Source: Antedon mediterranea (taxonomy: Eukaryota > Animalia > Echinodermata). Taken from it: a stretch of 64,000 nucleotides of DNA. Position 1 is the first letter of the stretch. Each line of letters starts with the position of its first letter. This document shows positions 52,670 to 64,000 of the stretch, piece after piece. The stretch is from NCBI RefSeq assembly GCF_964355755.1, contig NC_092670.1, positions 17,408,795-17,472,794 of the forward strand, read 5' to 3'. Below the pieces are notes generated by a model, which saw only the letters and a program-made list of their open reading frames with translations, did not search any database and had not been told where the DNA came from. Position numbers and translations under genes: made by a program.

Positions 52670-53875
52670 CTAATTATAGGCGCGACCTACTGTATTAAAT
52701 CCACTGAACGCATGATTCATGTTATCTATTATTATGTATCTCCGAATTAACTGTTCTATAAAGTTTACTCCATGGCTAATTAATTGTCCTATAATGTAAG
52801 CCAAGCAACAGGGCACAACTACCAACCAACCGACTTGTATTACTAAATTTAAAGGAGCATATATGTTAGTCGTACTTTTGACACTTAATTCAACGGTATG
52901 ACTAGCTTCACCAACATCATTTTTAGCTTGAAACTTAATTGTGAGGCCGTTGTCACTTCTTGCCGTCAGTTTTTGTTTGTTGGAAAAATGAGTAATCCCT
53001 TGACTCTGAACTAGTTCAGCGTTGCTGCAAACCATGCTCTCTATGATTTCATCATTCAGAAAACATTTCCAGGTTACTTCTGCCGTGGGGTTAGCCGACA
53101 CATTTATTGGTATGTCTAGATAATCCCCTACGTCGTATTCTATCGTATGAGACATCTCAAATTGTGGTCGATACTGAACGTTAAGTTGTATCGAACAAGA
53201 CAGCGTTTTTGGAATAAGATCATGCGTCAGCTAACAGTTAAAGCTGGTCATTTCACGTGTTGCGTTTATTGGCAAAGTAGCTATACTCCTTTCTTGAAGG
53301 CCATTGGGACGTAGGATCGCTTTTGCAATTGGCTGTTTGGTATCCACCATCCGTACTTCGACACTTCCTGCAATGCCACCAATGGTGACATTGCACGTGG
53401 TGACATTGCACGACAACGTGACAGTCTCACCTTCTGAAACATCAGGCTTAGGCTTATCTATACCACATAACAAATCTGGAACATTCACGACATTCACGTA
53501 TATTTCCACTACATGAGATGTTAAACCCGTTTTAGATTTTTTTTTGCAGATGTAAAGACCTTCATAAAATTGTGTAATTTTGGTTATAACAAGACGATAA
53601 TTGTCCGCCGTGTCAAACTCTATTTGGTATAAATGTTCAAATTTTGCAACAACACTATAGTTAATACTGATTTCAGTCTCCGCAGTTGTACCATTACTGG
53701 CATCAAAATACCATTCTACGCCATACTCGTCTGAGCTTCCAAGTTTGCAATCTAAAACAGCGTTTTTATTTCCAACAATTAATGTCAATGTAACTCGTGA
53801 TGATTCGGTTATTGAAAAACAAGAGAATAACCCCAAAATTATGTAGAGGTAAACTGCTTTACCAATGAAAGCCAT
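52670..53875 (-). pseudogene. Ig copy F, in-frame TCG>TAG stop at 53231-53233
   Basis: CAGCTAACAG versus CAGCGAACAG; the downstream frame is intact to 52670; small in-frame duplications (KPKP, CNVTTCNVT). Confidence 0.8.
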
Positions 53876-55149
53876 GATACACAACGTGGTTGTTTCTTCT
53901 TCAGAGTAGATATAGACTGGAACTAAAAAAAATCGCTTAACGTTTTTATTTTGTTTCGATTTTCGAAATATTAGAAATTACAGTTATTTATTTATAGACA
54001 ACTTTAATTGCGCGTTAATGCACCCATTGTTGAACCAATCGAGAAGTAAGCGCGTCATGATATATTGAAATTCAAATGCGCTGCAGAAACAACATTTTTT
54101 GAATGGTAGCGTTTTATGCATTGGTGGATGACATGATATTATAATGAAATCAACCGAATTAATTGAAAATATTATTGCTCTTTTATTCATTACTACCCGA
54201 TTCCCAGTGCCCCATACTACAATATTTACCAAATAGGAATATTTGGTAATAATATACAGTACGGTACCGTATCTCATCGTGTCATCTATTTTCAAAAAAA
54301 CCTTCCGTACCATTTCGTATTTTAAAATTCGCTTACCTCAGCACTACAACGGATATGTAGACTTTCCAATTGATGGTCGGTCGCAACATTCACATTAACA
54401 TTGGGATCCCACATTTAAAAGAGCGTTCGGCCGGTCCTGTTTGCAGTAGGCATAATGTGGTAGTAATAGGCCTAATATAACAAAATTATTATATTTTATC
54501 TGAAATAATATTGATTATATTCTGTGTTTCCAACTTTACAGTCTAAGAATAGCGTTCTTTCTAACAATTTAATTAAGTTTTAATGTAATTCCTAATGATG
54601 ATGATGATTTCTTCGTAATACTCTGTTTTTGTATCCTCTTTAATATTATTTTAACTCATATTTCTACTTATATTAATACCAATAACAATATCAACAATAC
54701 TGAACATTATTTATGTTAAATCATATTTTATTATGTCTATCAGTAATGCTGCAAATTATAAAGCTGAAAACAGCATAAATATAGTTATAGTTGTAGTTAT
54801 AGTATACTGTATCTACATATTTTCCCTTGTTTTGTTTAGTTATCTTTCCTTTTCTATCATACACATATATATTATAAGACATGTTTTTATATCTATAATA
54901 AATCATAATTGTAACCTATAAGAGATTTTAATATTTTCTTAATGAATAGTTTGTAGTGTAGGCCTATAATTTCTTCTGACTAATCTCGACTCTGATAAAT
55001 CATTTTAATTAAAAAAAATATGTACAGGCCTAACTTAGGCAAATATATAATTTTTTTTTTAAAGAATATAGTTTTTAATATTTCTTTGCCTCTTGTAATT
55101 TACATTATATTATGGTGTTAACAATAGTATATAGCTAATACATTTCTTC

Positions 55150-55420
55150 ATATTCTTCATGATTGGGTTTTTTACCCAAAAAAAAGAAAAAGATGCACAG
55201 TCTGAGTCATGGTTTTTTCTTCTTCAATAAACTAAACACAATTCGCTTACGTTTTCATTTGTTTTGAATCTTTGTAATTCGTTTCATTACACTTCAACAA
55301 TCGAATTTTTTTAAATGTTGACAGTTACCGTAGCCTAATATTTATTTATAGAAAACATTAATTGCGCATAATGCACCTATTATTGAATACAGCAGTATAA
55401 GCATGTCATGATTATTGATT
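55150..55420 (-). pseudogene. Degenerate seventh Ig copy (G): promoter and signal-peptide remnant
   Basis: Homology to the upstream block (CTAAACACAATTCGCTTA, TTTATTTATAG, AGTATAAGCATGTCATGA) and a KTQS-coding relic (AAAACCCAATCA on the minus strand). Confidence 0.55.
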
Positions 55421-55906
55421 TGAAATAAATTTATTTCCATAAGAAAATATAGTAAAAAGCAATTAAAAAACAGACTTTCGTTCTAGTGTTCACCCGGGCA
55501 TTTAGGCCTATAGATGCATTATTTTAACATTTTTTTTTACCTCAGCCCCAACTTTGGTTTGAGGTGGGTTTAAACTTTCCAACGCAAAATTCATATTCAT
55601 ACTCATAATGGGACCTTCAAACATTTCAAAAACATTTAGGGCCTGTTTCTATTAAAAAATAAAAAAAGAACGGTTTTCTTGAAACCGGTTTCGGCAGTTG
55701 TTTATAAATAAAGATCGCGTTGCAGCTCAATTTTTACTCCCAATAAAACCGGTTCCGTCCATGTGCGTTCGTTATTAATGACGTCATTATATACCCACAA
55801 TGTAGTTCGGTAGGCGGAAGTGCGATTGGATCGAGGTCATGTTTACTTTTTTCACCGGCTCATTCGCGCGGTTCTTATAAAAAAAAATTATTTGTTATTT
55901 AAAAAT

Positions 55907-57650
55907 ATGGATATCTCTACGTTATTACTATTAAGCCTATATCTGAGAAACACTACCAGATTAGGCATAGTTGAAAATACGGAGAATGAACTCTTTTTCT
56001 GGCGACAACGTGCAAGAAGAAGAAGAAGACAGATGTTTGCAGGTGCGCTGATCATAGGGACGATGAACGATGATAACAACATGCCTAGGCGACGAGGGCT
56101 AAGATTAAGAAGGGCTAACATTGTTTCCCTCGATTGGTGGCACGAAACCGTCTGCCACCGATTTTCTGACCAGTTGTGGAAGGAAAATTTCCGAATGTCT
56201 AAAGGTGAATTTAGTATTAAAATATCAACTAAAAACACACTAGGCCTAGCCTATAGCTAGGGCCTAGCCTAGCTAGGGCCTAGGCCTACATGGTTTATAA
56301 TAAATAGGCATATTTAAAATATTATTTTATGGGATTCATTATCATAGGCCTATCTAGGCCTATGCCAGGAAAGGATAAACAAGCTTAATTAACAGCCTCT
56401 TTATTATTATTAATATTGAAAATAAGCAAGTCTTGGTTTGGATTTTTTTTCCAGAAACATTTCACATTTTGTGCAATATTCTACGGCCGTATCTGGAAAG
56501 GCAGCAAACAAATGTTGGAAATGGTATGAGTGTGGAAAAAGTGGTGGGGATGACAATTTGGCGTTTAGCTACTTGTTGCGACTTGCGCACCATTGGTAAT
56601 TTGTTTGGGGTACATCGCTCAACAGTATGCAGAGCTGTTTACCAAGTGTGCCAAACTATTGTAGATGTTATGTACCATGATTACATTGTTTGGCCCACTG
56701 GTGAACGTTTGCAGGAAACGATACAAGGATTTTCCCAAGAACATGGGTTTCCTCAATGTGGCGGTGCCATAGACGGGTCGCATATACCTATCAAAGCACC
56801 CCATATCTCCACAGCGGATTATTATAATCGTAAAGGGTGGTATTCGATGATTCTTCAAGCAGTTGTTGATCATAAATTGAGGTAGATATTTGGCAATTTT
56901 AATGTTTTCTTATTTATTTGCATAAAGATTACGTTGCCTTTCTACTAAATACTAAATCTAATACTATGTTTTAACTGCTTGGTTACCAATTTCAGGTTTA
57001 TTGATGTGAATGTTGGATGGCCAGGAAAAGTACATGACGCCCGGGTGTTTAGGAACTCCTCAATATACGAACGCGGTCAAAGAGGACAATTATTTCCACG
57101 GGTATGTACATACAGCACTGCAACTAATTAGGATTTCGACATTTTAAAAACTATGCAGTATATCTTAAAGTAGTACTGTATGTAAATGGTTCTTTCCTTA
57201 TTGAAAAAGCTGTTTTGTTTTTTTTTCTTCTAGGAAGCAAGTGTAGAAATGGAGGGTATTGACATACCTGTATTTATTATAGGAGATCCAGCTTACCCTC
57301 TACTACCTTGGCTTATGAAAGGATTCCCAGAAGGTGCAAATTTTAACAGGCAACAGAGAACCTTTAATTATCGACTGAGTAGGGCACGCATGGTTGTAGA
57401 ACAAGCGTTTGGTCAACTCAAAGGTCGATGGCGTATTTTGATGCGACGGAATGATACACATGTTTCGAAGGTGCCTCTAATGGTTAGCAGTTGTTGTGTC
57501 TTGCACAATTTCTGCATCAGCCAAAATGATGAGGTGGAACTTGAAGAAATTCATGTTAATGAAGAAAATATAAATGAAGATGACCCACTTCCAGATGCAT
57601 TAGATATTAGAACAACATTAGTCAACTATTGCAACACACATCCATTATAG
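55907..57650 (+). CDS. Harbinger DDE transposase (HARBI1-like), ~415 aa. Exons 55907-56204, 56455-56881, 56996-57101, 57234-57650
   Basis: WKENFRMSKETF, GAIDGSHIPI, YYNRKGWYS, GWPGKVHDARVF, GDPAYPL and RARMVVEQAFGQLKGRWR motifs; 1,248 nt in frame with no stops. Confidence 0.93.
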
Positions 57651-57703
57651 AATTATTTTATAGTTATATATAAGTTAAATACATGAAACTATTACTACTT
57701 TAA

Positions 57704-58133
57704 AGGCCAGGGGCGAGCAAAAAATTTCTATTGATCATACAATTCCCCTGTATGTATCATAATTACACCAGCTTGTTGAAAATAAGCACTTTTTTTCAGC
57801 GAGGGGATGGTTCAAATTACACGGTAAAATCTTTTGTACTCAGTATATACACCATCTTTTTTCACCTTCTAGGGAGTCACCAGACATGTTAGTACATTAG
57901 GTTAAACTACCTAACTACTGAAAAAAAGTTTTCTGGTTTTTATAGCGAACTTTTTACAAATTTTGTATTTGACCATTTTATGGGAAATTCATGTTATTTT
58001 TGTCTTGATTTCTATTACAAATATTTGATTTAATAACATGCATACATTTTAATTATAATATCTGGTTAATTGTACATAATTTATGTACAATTAACCAGAT
58101 ATTATATTTAAAATGTATGCATGTACCTGAGCT
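57704..58133. mobile_element. Possible Kolobok-like MITE nested in the Harbinger
   Basis: TTAA on both sides; weak TIR AGGCCAGG/CCTGAGCT; it interrupts a degenerate copy of the downstream tandem unit. Confidence 0.4.
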
Positions 58134-58149
58134 TTAAAGTATTTCTTTG

Positions 58150-59510
58150 ACGTGAGGTAAACAAACACTGTATTTACAGGCAAGGTATAATTTCTTTTTC
58201 TTATTAAAACATTGCTTTTTTAAACGATTTTAATATTGTATATATAATGTTTATAAAATATTTTATTTATAACATGAAACTTAAGCTAAGACCAATATAA
58301 ATAAAGGTAAAAAGTCACTTTTCTCCAAGTGACTAGAAGTATGTTTCTTAATCTTGACCAAATTTCAATAAAAAATATAAACTACTCTACTACTAATTAA
58401 ACATTTATAAAGCACCGTTTTGATTCGAGGTAATACTGTAGGTTATGTATGTGTTAATTACTTGAAACTATTACTACTTGAACACTTAGAAAGCACTGGT
58501 TCAATGTGAGGTAAACAAACACTGTAGGTTCCGTATTTACAGGCAAGGTATAATTTCTTTTTCTTATAAAAACATTGCTTTTTTTAAACGATTTTAATAT
58601 TGTATATATAATGTTTATAAAATATTTTAATTATAACATGAAACTTAAGCTAAGACCAATATAAATAAAGGTAAAAAGTCACTTTTCTCCAAGTGACTAG
58701 AAGTATGTTTCTTAATCTTGACCAAATTTCAATAAAAAATATAAACTACTCTACAACTAATTAAACATTTATAAAGCACCGTTTTGATTCGAGGTAATAC
58801 TGTAGGTTATGTATGTGTTAATTACTTGAAACTATTACTACTTGAACACTTAGAAAGCACTGGTTCAATGTGAGGTAAACAAACACTGTAGGTTCCGTAT
58901 TTACAGGCAAGGTATAATTTCTTTTTCTTATATAAACATTGCTTTTTTAAACGATTTTAATATTGTATATATAATGTTTATAAAATATTTTATTTATAAC
59001 ATGAAACTTAAGCTAAGACCAATATAAATAAAGGTAAAAAGTCACTTTTCTCCAAGTGACTAGAAGTATGTTTCTTAATCTTGACCAAATTTCAATAAAA
59101 AATATAAACTACTCTACTACTAATTAAACATTTATAAAGCACCGTTTTGATTCGAGGTAATACTGTAGGTTATGTATGTGTTAATTACTTGAAACTATTA
59201 CTACTTGAACACTTAGAAAGCACTGGTTCAATGTGAGGTAAACAAACACTGTAGGTTCCGTATTTACAGGCAAGATATAATTTCTTTTTTTTATAAAAAC
59301 ATTGCTTTTTTAAACTATTTTAATACTGATATAATGTATATATTTTATTTATAAAATGAAACTTTAAGCTAAGACCAATATAAATAAAGCTAAAAAGATC
59401 ACTTTTCTCCAAGTGACTTTGGACTAAAAATAGGCAAAATTTGGCCTAATTTAAATAAAACTATATACTACTGTACTACAATTAAAGACATTTATAAAGC
59501 ACCTTTTTTA
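58150..59510. repeat. ~360-bp tandem repeat x ~3.7 between the two Harbinger genes
   Basis: GTGAGGTAAACAAACACTGTA recurs at about 58152, 58506, 58870 and 59233. Confidence 0.9.
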
Positions 59511-59688
59511 CACAAAGAGCACTGTTCTGTATTTTCCTTTTTTTATACAAACTGTTTTATAAGAATATTGCAAAGTGTGTGAAAGAAGAGTACTAGCCAG
59601 TAAACATAGGCTAGTACAGTAGTAGTAGTATGGCAAGCTTTTTGACACAAAGAGCTACAAATAACAAACTGCGTGATATAAACAGACT

Positions 59689-61606
59689 TTATAATGAAAA
59701 ATATGTTGGTGTTTCTTCGGTTGATGTTTGTAACTGTCTTGGTGGTAAAAATTCTGTTGTGCTAGATGACGATGGATGGATTGATGGTGCTTGGGCAACA
59801 TGTTGTGAAGTCTGTCTAATGTTATATGGTAGATAATTTGACGAAGAATATGTTGGTGGATGTGGTCTTGGTTGATGTTGTCTTGGTTGCTGTGGTCTTG
59901 GTTGATGTTGTGTTGGTTGTGTTTGTTGTGTTGGTCGATGTTGTGTTGGTAGCGGTTGTGTTGGTCGATGTTGTGTTGGTTGCTGTGGTCTTGGTCGATG
60001 TTGTGGTGGTTGTGTGAATGTATTATGATGTGGTTGTTGAGGATTGTGCTGTACTATTAATTTAAAAAGGTCCATCATCTGCTTATTATTTTGCTCCGCC
60101 ATTTCTGTTGCTCTCTGGTGTTGTTGGGCAGCCATTCTCTCTGAATGGCGGAGAAAACGTTCCTCAGCCTCCCTATCCTGCCTTGCCATTTCTGTTGTGA
60201 ATGTTTTTAACACTCTCTCCAGTTTGGTTTTCTTCACCTTTTTTGGGGGTGGTTGAACAACTGAAAAACAAATAAATTGTCAATATCAGCCGAAATTTAA
60301 TATGGTGATATGATGTGCTGCCAAAAACTGCATTTCAATAACACTACACACTCATTTCTAAAGCGACACTTACCGACATCAACAGCTTCTGGTGCTACTA
60401 CTGGCACTTCTGCTTGCTCTTCTGGCTCGTGCAATCTCTCCTCCGCTGTGTCCAATTCTACAGCATCACCATCTAATGAATCTGTTGAGCTTTCAATGCT
60501 AATTTCTAGTAAGTAAAATATTCTTAAAATAAAATCATAATACAAAAACTGAAAGAAAGATACTTCCTAATAATTAAGAAATAAACCTGAATTGTAATAA
60601 ATTAAAAATATCTTACCAAGGCTTTCATCAACACTAACACCTGTCAATAAAACAATAATAAAAATTTTTCATAAAAATGTACTACAATGTACTGTATTTA
60701 TATGGTTTGTAAAATATTTATTTCTGACACAAATTAATATAACATTAAAAGTAGAACCCCAGAAATCATTACACTATCAAGAATCAAAAATTTTGTTCTA
60801 CCTTTCTTCAATCATACAGTGTTGTAGGCAAACAACATTTTACAGTAATTGTTTTTCTCATACGTTCCTCCGTTCAAGAGTTACGATATTTAATTAACAT
60901 GTTGTCCTGAAATCCCCTGAAAATTAGTACTGTATTGTTGTTTCTGTTGGTTACGCCTCGTTACACGGCATTGTTTGTCATCGATCGATGAAAAACAACA
61001 TCGATCTTCCGTTTCGTGAACATTTCTCGTATGATTTAAACAAAATATTTATAAACAATTTTTTTATTGCCTAAAACGCTAAATACATCGAAAAAACAGT
61101 GTGGTGTAATAATAAGGCCTTTGGCTAAGCCTAGGTGGGGCACTGCTGCGCACGTGTTTCACCACCGTTTTATCGCCGTACTAAACGACTACTAGGCTAC
61201 CTTGGTTTACTGGCTAGTTATTTTCCCCTACTAGTCCTATGTACTCACCATCATCATCATCATCATCATTTGTTTCTACCACTGGTCTACCCGCTTCCAT
61301 GACATGTGGGGGATCGTGCATGGCACGATCTCCAAGAATGGCATCTAGTTCATCGTAGAAGGGGCAGGTAATCCTGTCATTACCTGATCTGCTATTGTGG
61401 TCCTTTGTAGAAGTATACGTACGTCGCACCCTTTTCAATTTGCTCGTCACTTGAGCAGCCGATATTGTTAAGTCAAACTCCTCTTTCACACGCTTTACAA
61501 TATTTTTGTAAACATGTGAGTCTTTCCGACTCCCAGCCAGCCTCCCCCTCATCTTTTCCTCTCCCCAGAGATTGATTACGAACCTCGTAATTGCATCGGT
61601 CCACAT
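59689..61606 (-). CDS. Harbinger Myb/SANT (trihelix) DNA-binding protein, ~361 aa. Exons 61606-61249, 60640-60617, 60505-60374, 60260-59689
   Basis: WTDAITRFVINLWGE...KLKRVRRTY...SGNDRITCPFYDELDAILG; acidic linker, coiled coil and Q/P-rich tail; phase-1 GT-AG introns; 1,086 nt in frame. Confidence 0.88.
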
Positions 61607-62750
61607 TTTGTATTTTTAGTACTCACTAATAGAATAGTAAAAGAGAAATAAAATATTCGCGCGGTTTTGACTGCGAGTTGACCACAATCGACCCAGTTCA
61701 GCAGAGTTCAGTTTTTGGGGTCAAATTGAGACCGCGATTGTGTTGCAGCTAAAAATTGCTCCACGGAAACCGGTTTCAGAACGGTTCTTTGCGATCGAGA
61801 CCGCAATCAATTGGGGTTTTTGAAACCGTTTTTAAGATCGGTTCTTTTTTGTGGTTTTTTGTGGGGACCCATTTCTGCTGGCAAGAAAAAACCGTTCTTG
61901 AAAAGAACGGTATTCAAAACCGTATTCTCTGCTCTATAGAAACAGGCCCTTAGTCGGTCCTGTCTGGAGTAGCTAATATACATAATGTTTTTTTTTAGAT
62001 TTACAGTAGAATTCCCAATGGGGTAGAATCAAAGTGTCCCCTGAATACGGGTACCCAAAGGAGTTCTAATATTTTAAAAGCAAATGTAGGTAAACTCCGG
62101 GTTTATAATACTCAATACTGTAGGCCTAATTTGAATGCAATTACGTAACATAAACAAGATTTACGTATGTGACGCTGAGGGCGTAAATCCAGCGGTCCAA
62201 TTACAATTACGACATTTTCCTTTCTGGAGAATTTCGAGAAAAATATTCAATTATAAGTCTGTAAAAAACGTTTATTTTATTTCTTGTTGCTTTACAATAA
62301 AAAAACAGAATGTAATACATAAAAGTAAGTAAAATGAAAGTTATCGTAATATGTTTAACAACCTATGAGAAAGATATAATTGATCATTTTAAAAGAGGGA
62401 TTATCCTACTAGTTTTGTAGTTCGTAATAGGCTAGGCCTAGGCTAGGCGGCTACTGTAATCTCTCAGTCTCAGCAGTCAAAAAGTAGGTAGGCGCGGCCA
62501 ACCAAGCATTAATATCACACCGGAAGGTTGGTGAAGTAGGTCTAGCTACCTGTAGATAGAGATGGTGGCTACACAATCCCCACCATGATTATACTCAGGC
62601 TAGCCTAAGTAGCTAGTAGTATTGTTTTATCACATTGGTGGGAATTAATTGTAGTAAGTTTTAATATTATTGTATTGATGATTCTCATTTTATTACGGTA
62701 AATTTAAAAAAAAGTCAGTTTAATTTTAATTAATATAATTATCTGTAATA

Positions 62751-63409
62751 CGGTTTATTGCAAATAGCTTGATTTCGCGAGGAACGTCATTACACAATGC
62801 ATGATGGAAAGGGTTAGGGAGCAAACGTCAAAACGCATACATAAAAACAACAAATCATGTATGTGCGAGTTGTGACATTTGCTCCCAAACCCTTTCCATC
62901 ATGCGTCGCGCACGCTATTTGCAGAGCCATATATATAAACAGTTATGGCAAACAAATGTATAACATTCACAAGGCTTTAAATATCAAATTTAATATCAAA
63001 ACAATCAATTTGTTTAAAGTTTTTGTTTTTTAAGATAATAACGAAATCATAAAGTTAAACTGCGAACATGATGTTAAACAACAAAATGTAAAAACAATGC
63101 ATTAACTATAGAGAATCACTGTACAAACAAAACGCGCACAGCCAGAGCCGTTCCGAAATTGCTATTGTTGTTTAAAATCATGTTTGTAGTAACTTTATGA
63201 TTTTATTATCATTTAAAAAAAAACCTTTTAAACAAATTGATTGTTTTGATATTAAATTCGATAGTTAAAGCCTTTTGAATGTTATACATCTTTAAAACAA
63301 AAGACTCAACTCCACACTCTACATAGGAATAGTTGGACACAAACACGGCTTCTAATCCATTCAAAGTCGTAACTCTTTATATATGGCTCTGGCTATTTGC
63401 GATAAACCT
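62751..63409. mobile_element. Palindromic MITE with TA flanks, hosting a nested element
   Basis: TIRs GGTTTATTGCAAATAGC / GCTATTTGCGATAAACC; internal hairpin arms at ~62799-62845 and ~62860-62904. Confidence 0.7.
62922..63391. mobile_element. 470-bp MITE with an 8-bp TSD (P- or hAT-like) inserted in the right TIR of the host MITE
   Basis: TIRs CAGAGCCATATATA / TATATATGGCTCTG; TSD GCTATTTG (62914-62921, 63392-63399); long internal inverted repeat. Confidence 0.85.
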
Positions 63410-63559
63410 TATGGGTGCAATGTTAAAGTTAACCTATGAATGATTGAAAGGATCAACAATTTCCAAAGGGTGTGTGGTGGCAGATTCTGAAGGTGGGTGT
63501 TGCCACCACCCATCTCAGCAGGATCACATCCATTAGAAAGTGAAGGGCTGTTAGAACAA

Positions 63560-63880
63560 AACACAATTCAATGCATTGAATAAGGATTAAAGTCCTTGAT
63601 AGAAGTTCATTGTTTTGACCTTGGGGTCATTTGACAACAATAGGAAGTGCATGGACCAGCATGTTGATCACATGTATAAACAAAGCAGAACATGTCACTT
63701 TTGCTGTACTAGGGTTGTATGATAGTTTTTACTGGTGGTTGTGTTGTATTACTTGTCTGATAGCAATGTTCAGATAATAATAGGTGTCAAATATACTGTC
63801 AACAATTGTAAATCCTTGAACAAAGTAGTCTGATGTCAGTATATTTCATCTGAGCCTTGCATGTTGATCACATGACACAA
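63560..63880 (+). mobile_element. Highly decayed LINE (CR1/L2-type) RT C-terminal relic
   Basis: Frameshifted DLGVI..DNN..DQHVDHMYKQ resembles the LGVxIDxxLxWxxHV motif. Confidence 0.4.
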
Positions 63881-64000
63881 ATAAGGTACAGTATTATTAG
63901 GTTTATCCAGGGAGTTTTAAAATAATATTTTAAAAGTTCTCCCTAGTTTATCTATCAATATAGTATCAAGGATAAAGGTAATCTATTCTATGGGATTAAT

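Larger units (their letters stand above)
55639..61949. mobile_element. Autonomous-looking PIF/Harbinger transposon, 6,311 bp
   Basis: Perfect 14-bp TIRs GGGCCTGTTTCTAT / ATAGAAACAGGCCC; TTA TSD (55636-55638, 61950-61952); convergent transposase and Myb/SANT genes; subterminal AAACCG/CGGTT repeats. Confidence 0.95.

Noticed and set aside
53231-53233. Programmed stop-codon readthrough in Ig copy F (and at the LINE TAA, 33763)
   Set aside because: Single-base changes from sense codons explain both; no conserved readthrough context or SECIS is visible
36781-54345. Array expressed as alternative terminal exons from one shared upstream exon (AG-like acceptor ~45 nt before each ATG; GAG|GTAAGC donor at ~54336)
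   Set aside because: Each copy has its own TATA ~115 bp upstream of the ATG, and A-F also keep a CCAAT box, which favours independent promoters; not fully excluded without 5' RACE
55907-57650. Domesticated host HARBI1 gene
   Set aside because: It is flanked by perfect TIRs and a TSD and paired with a Myb/SANT gene, so it is a transposon

Overview
AT-rich, intron-containing animal genomic DNA (invertebrate-like; taxon is inference only). Left to right: (1) seven 5' coding exons of an SLC38A11-like amino-acid transporter (- strand, running off the left edge). One intron holds a Penelope-like retroelement fragment with a U3-A8 variant hammerhead, split by a deleted Harbinger element. (2) A six-exon membrane-anchored prolyl-4-hydroxylase-like gene (-), head-to-head with (3) a 12-exon DBF4 gene (+) whose ~1,070-aa final exon carries candidate LEDGF/TND-binding (IF...FxGF) and cohesin-binding (YDF) motifs. 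(4) A 5'-truncated CR1/L2-group LINE. (5) A tandem array of six single-exon, three-Ig-domain membrane receptor genes plus a seventh remnant (2,979-bp period in the young part). The array shows mosaic copies, a MITE-derived cytoplasmic tail and truncated copies. A 3.4-kb Academ-type transposon splits one copy in the FG (CDR3-equivalent) loop of its V domain. (6) An apparently intact autonomous PIF/Harbinger transposon (transposase plus Myb/SANT gene, 14-bp TIRs, TTA TSD). (7) Many MITEs and minisatellites. The Ig-receptor array with its transposon-split V domain is the best candidate for an undescribed system. All calls are by eye; no searches were run.
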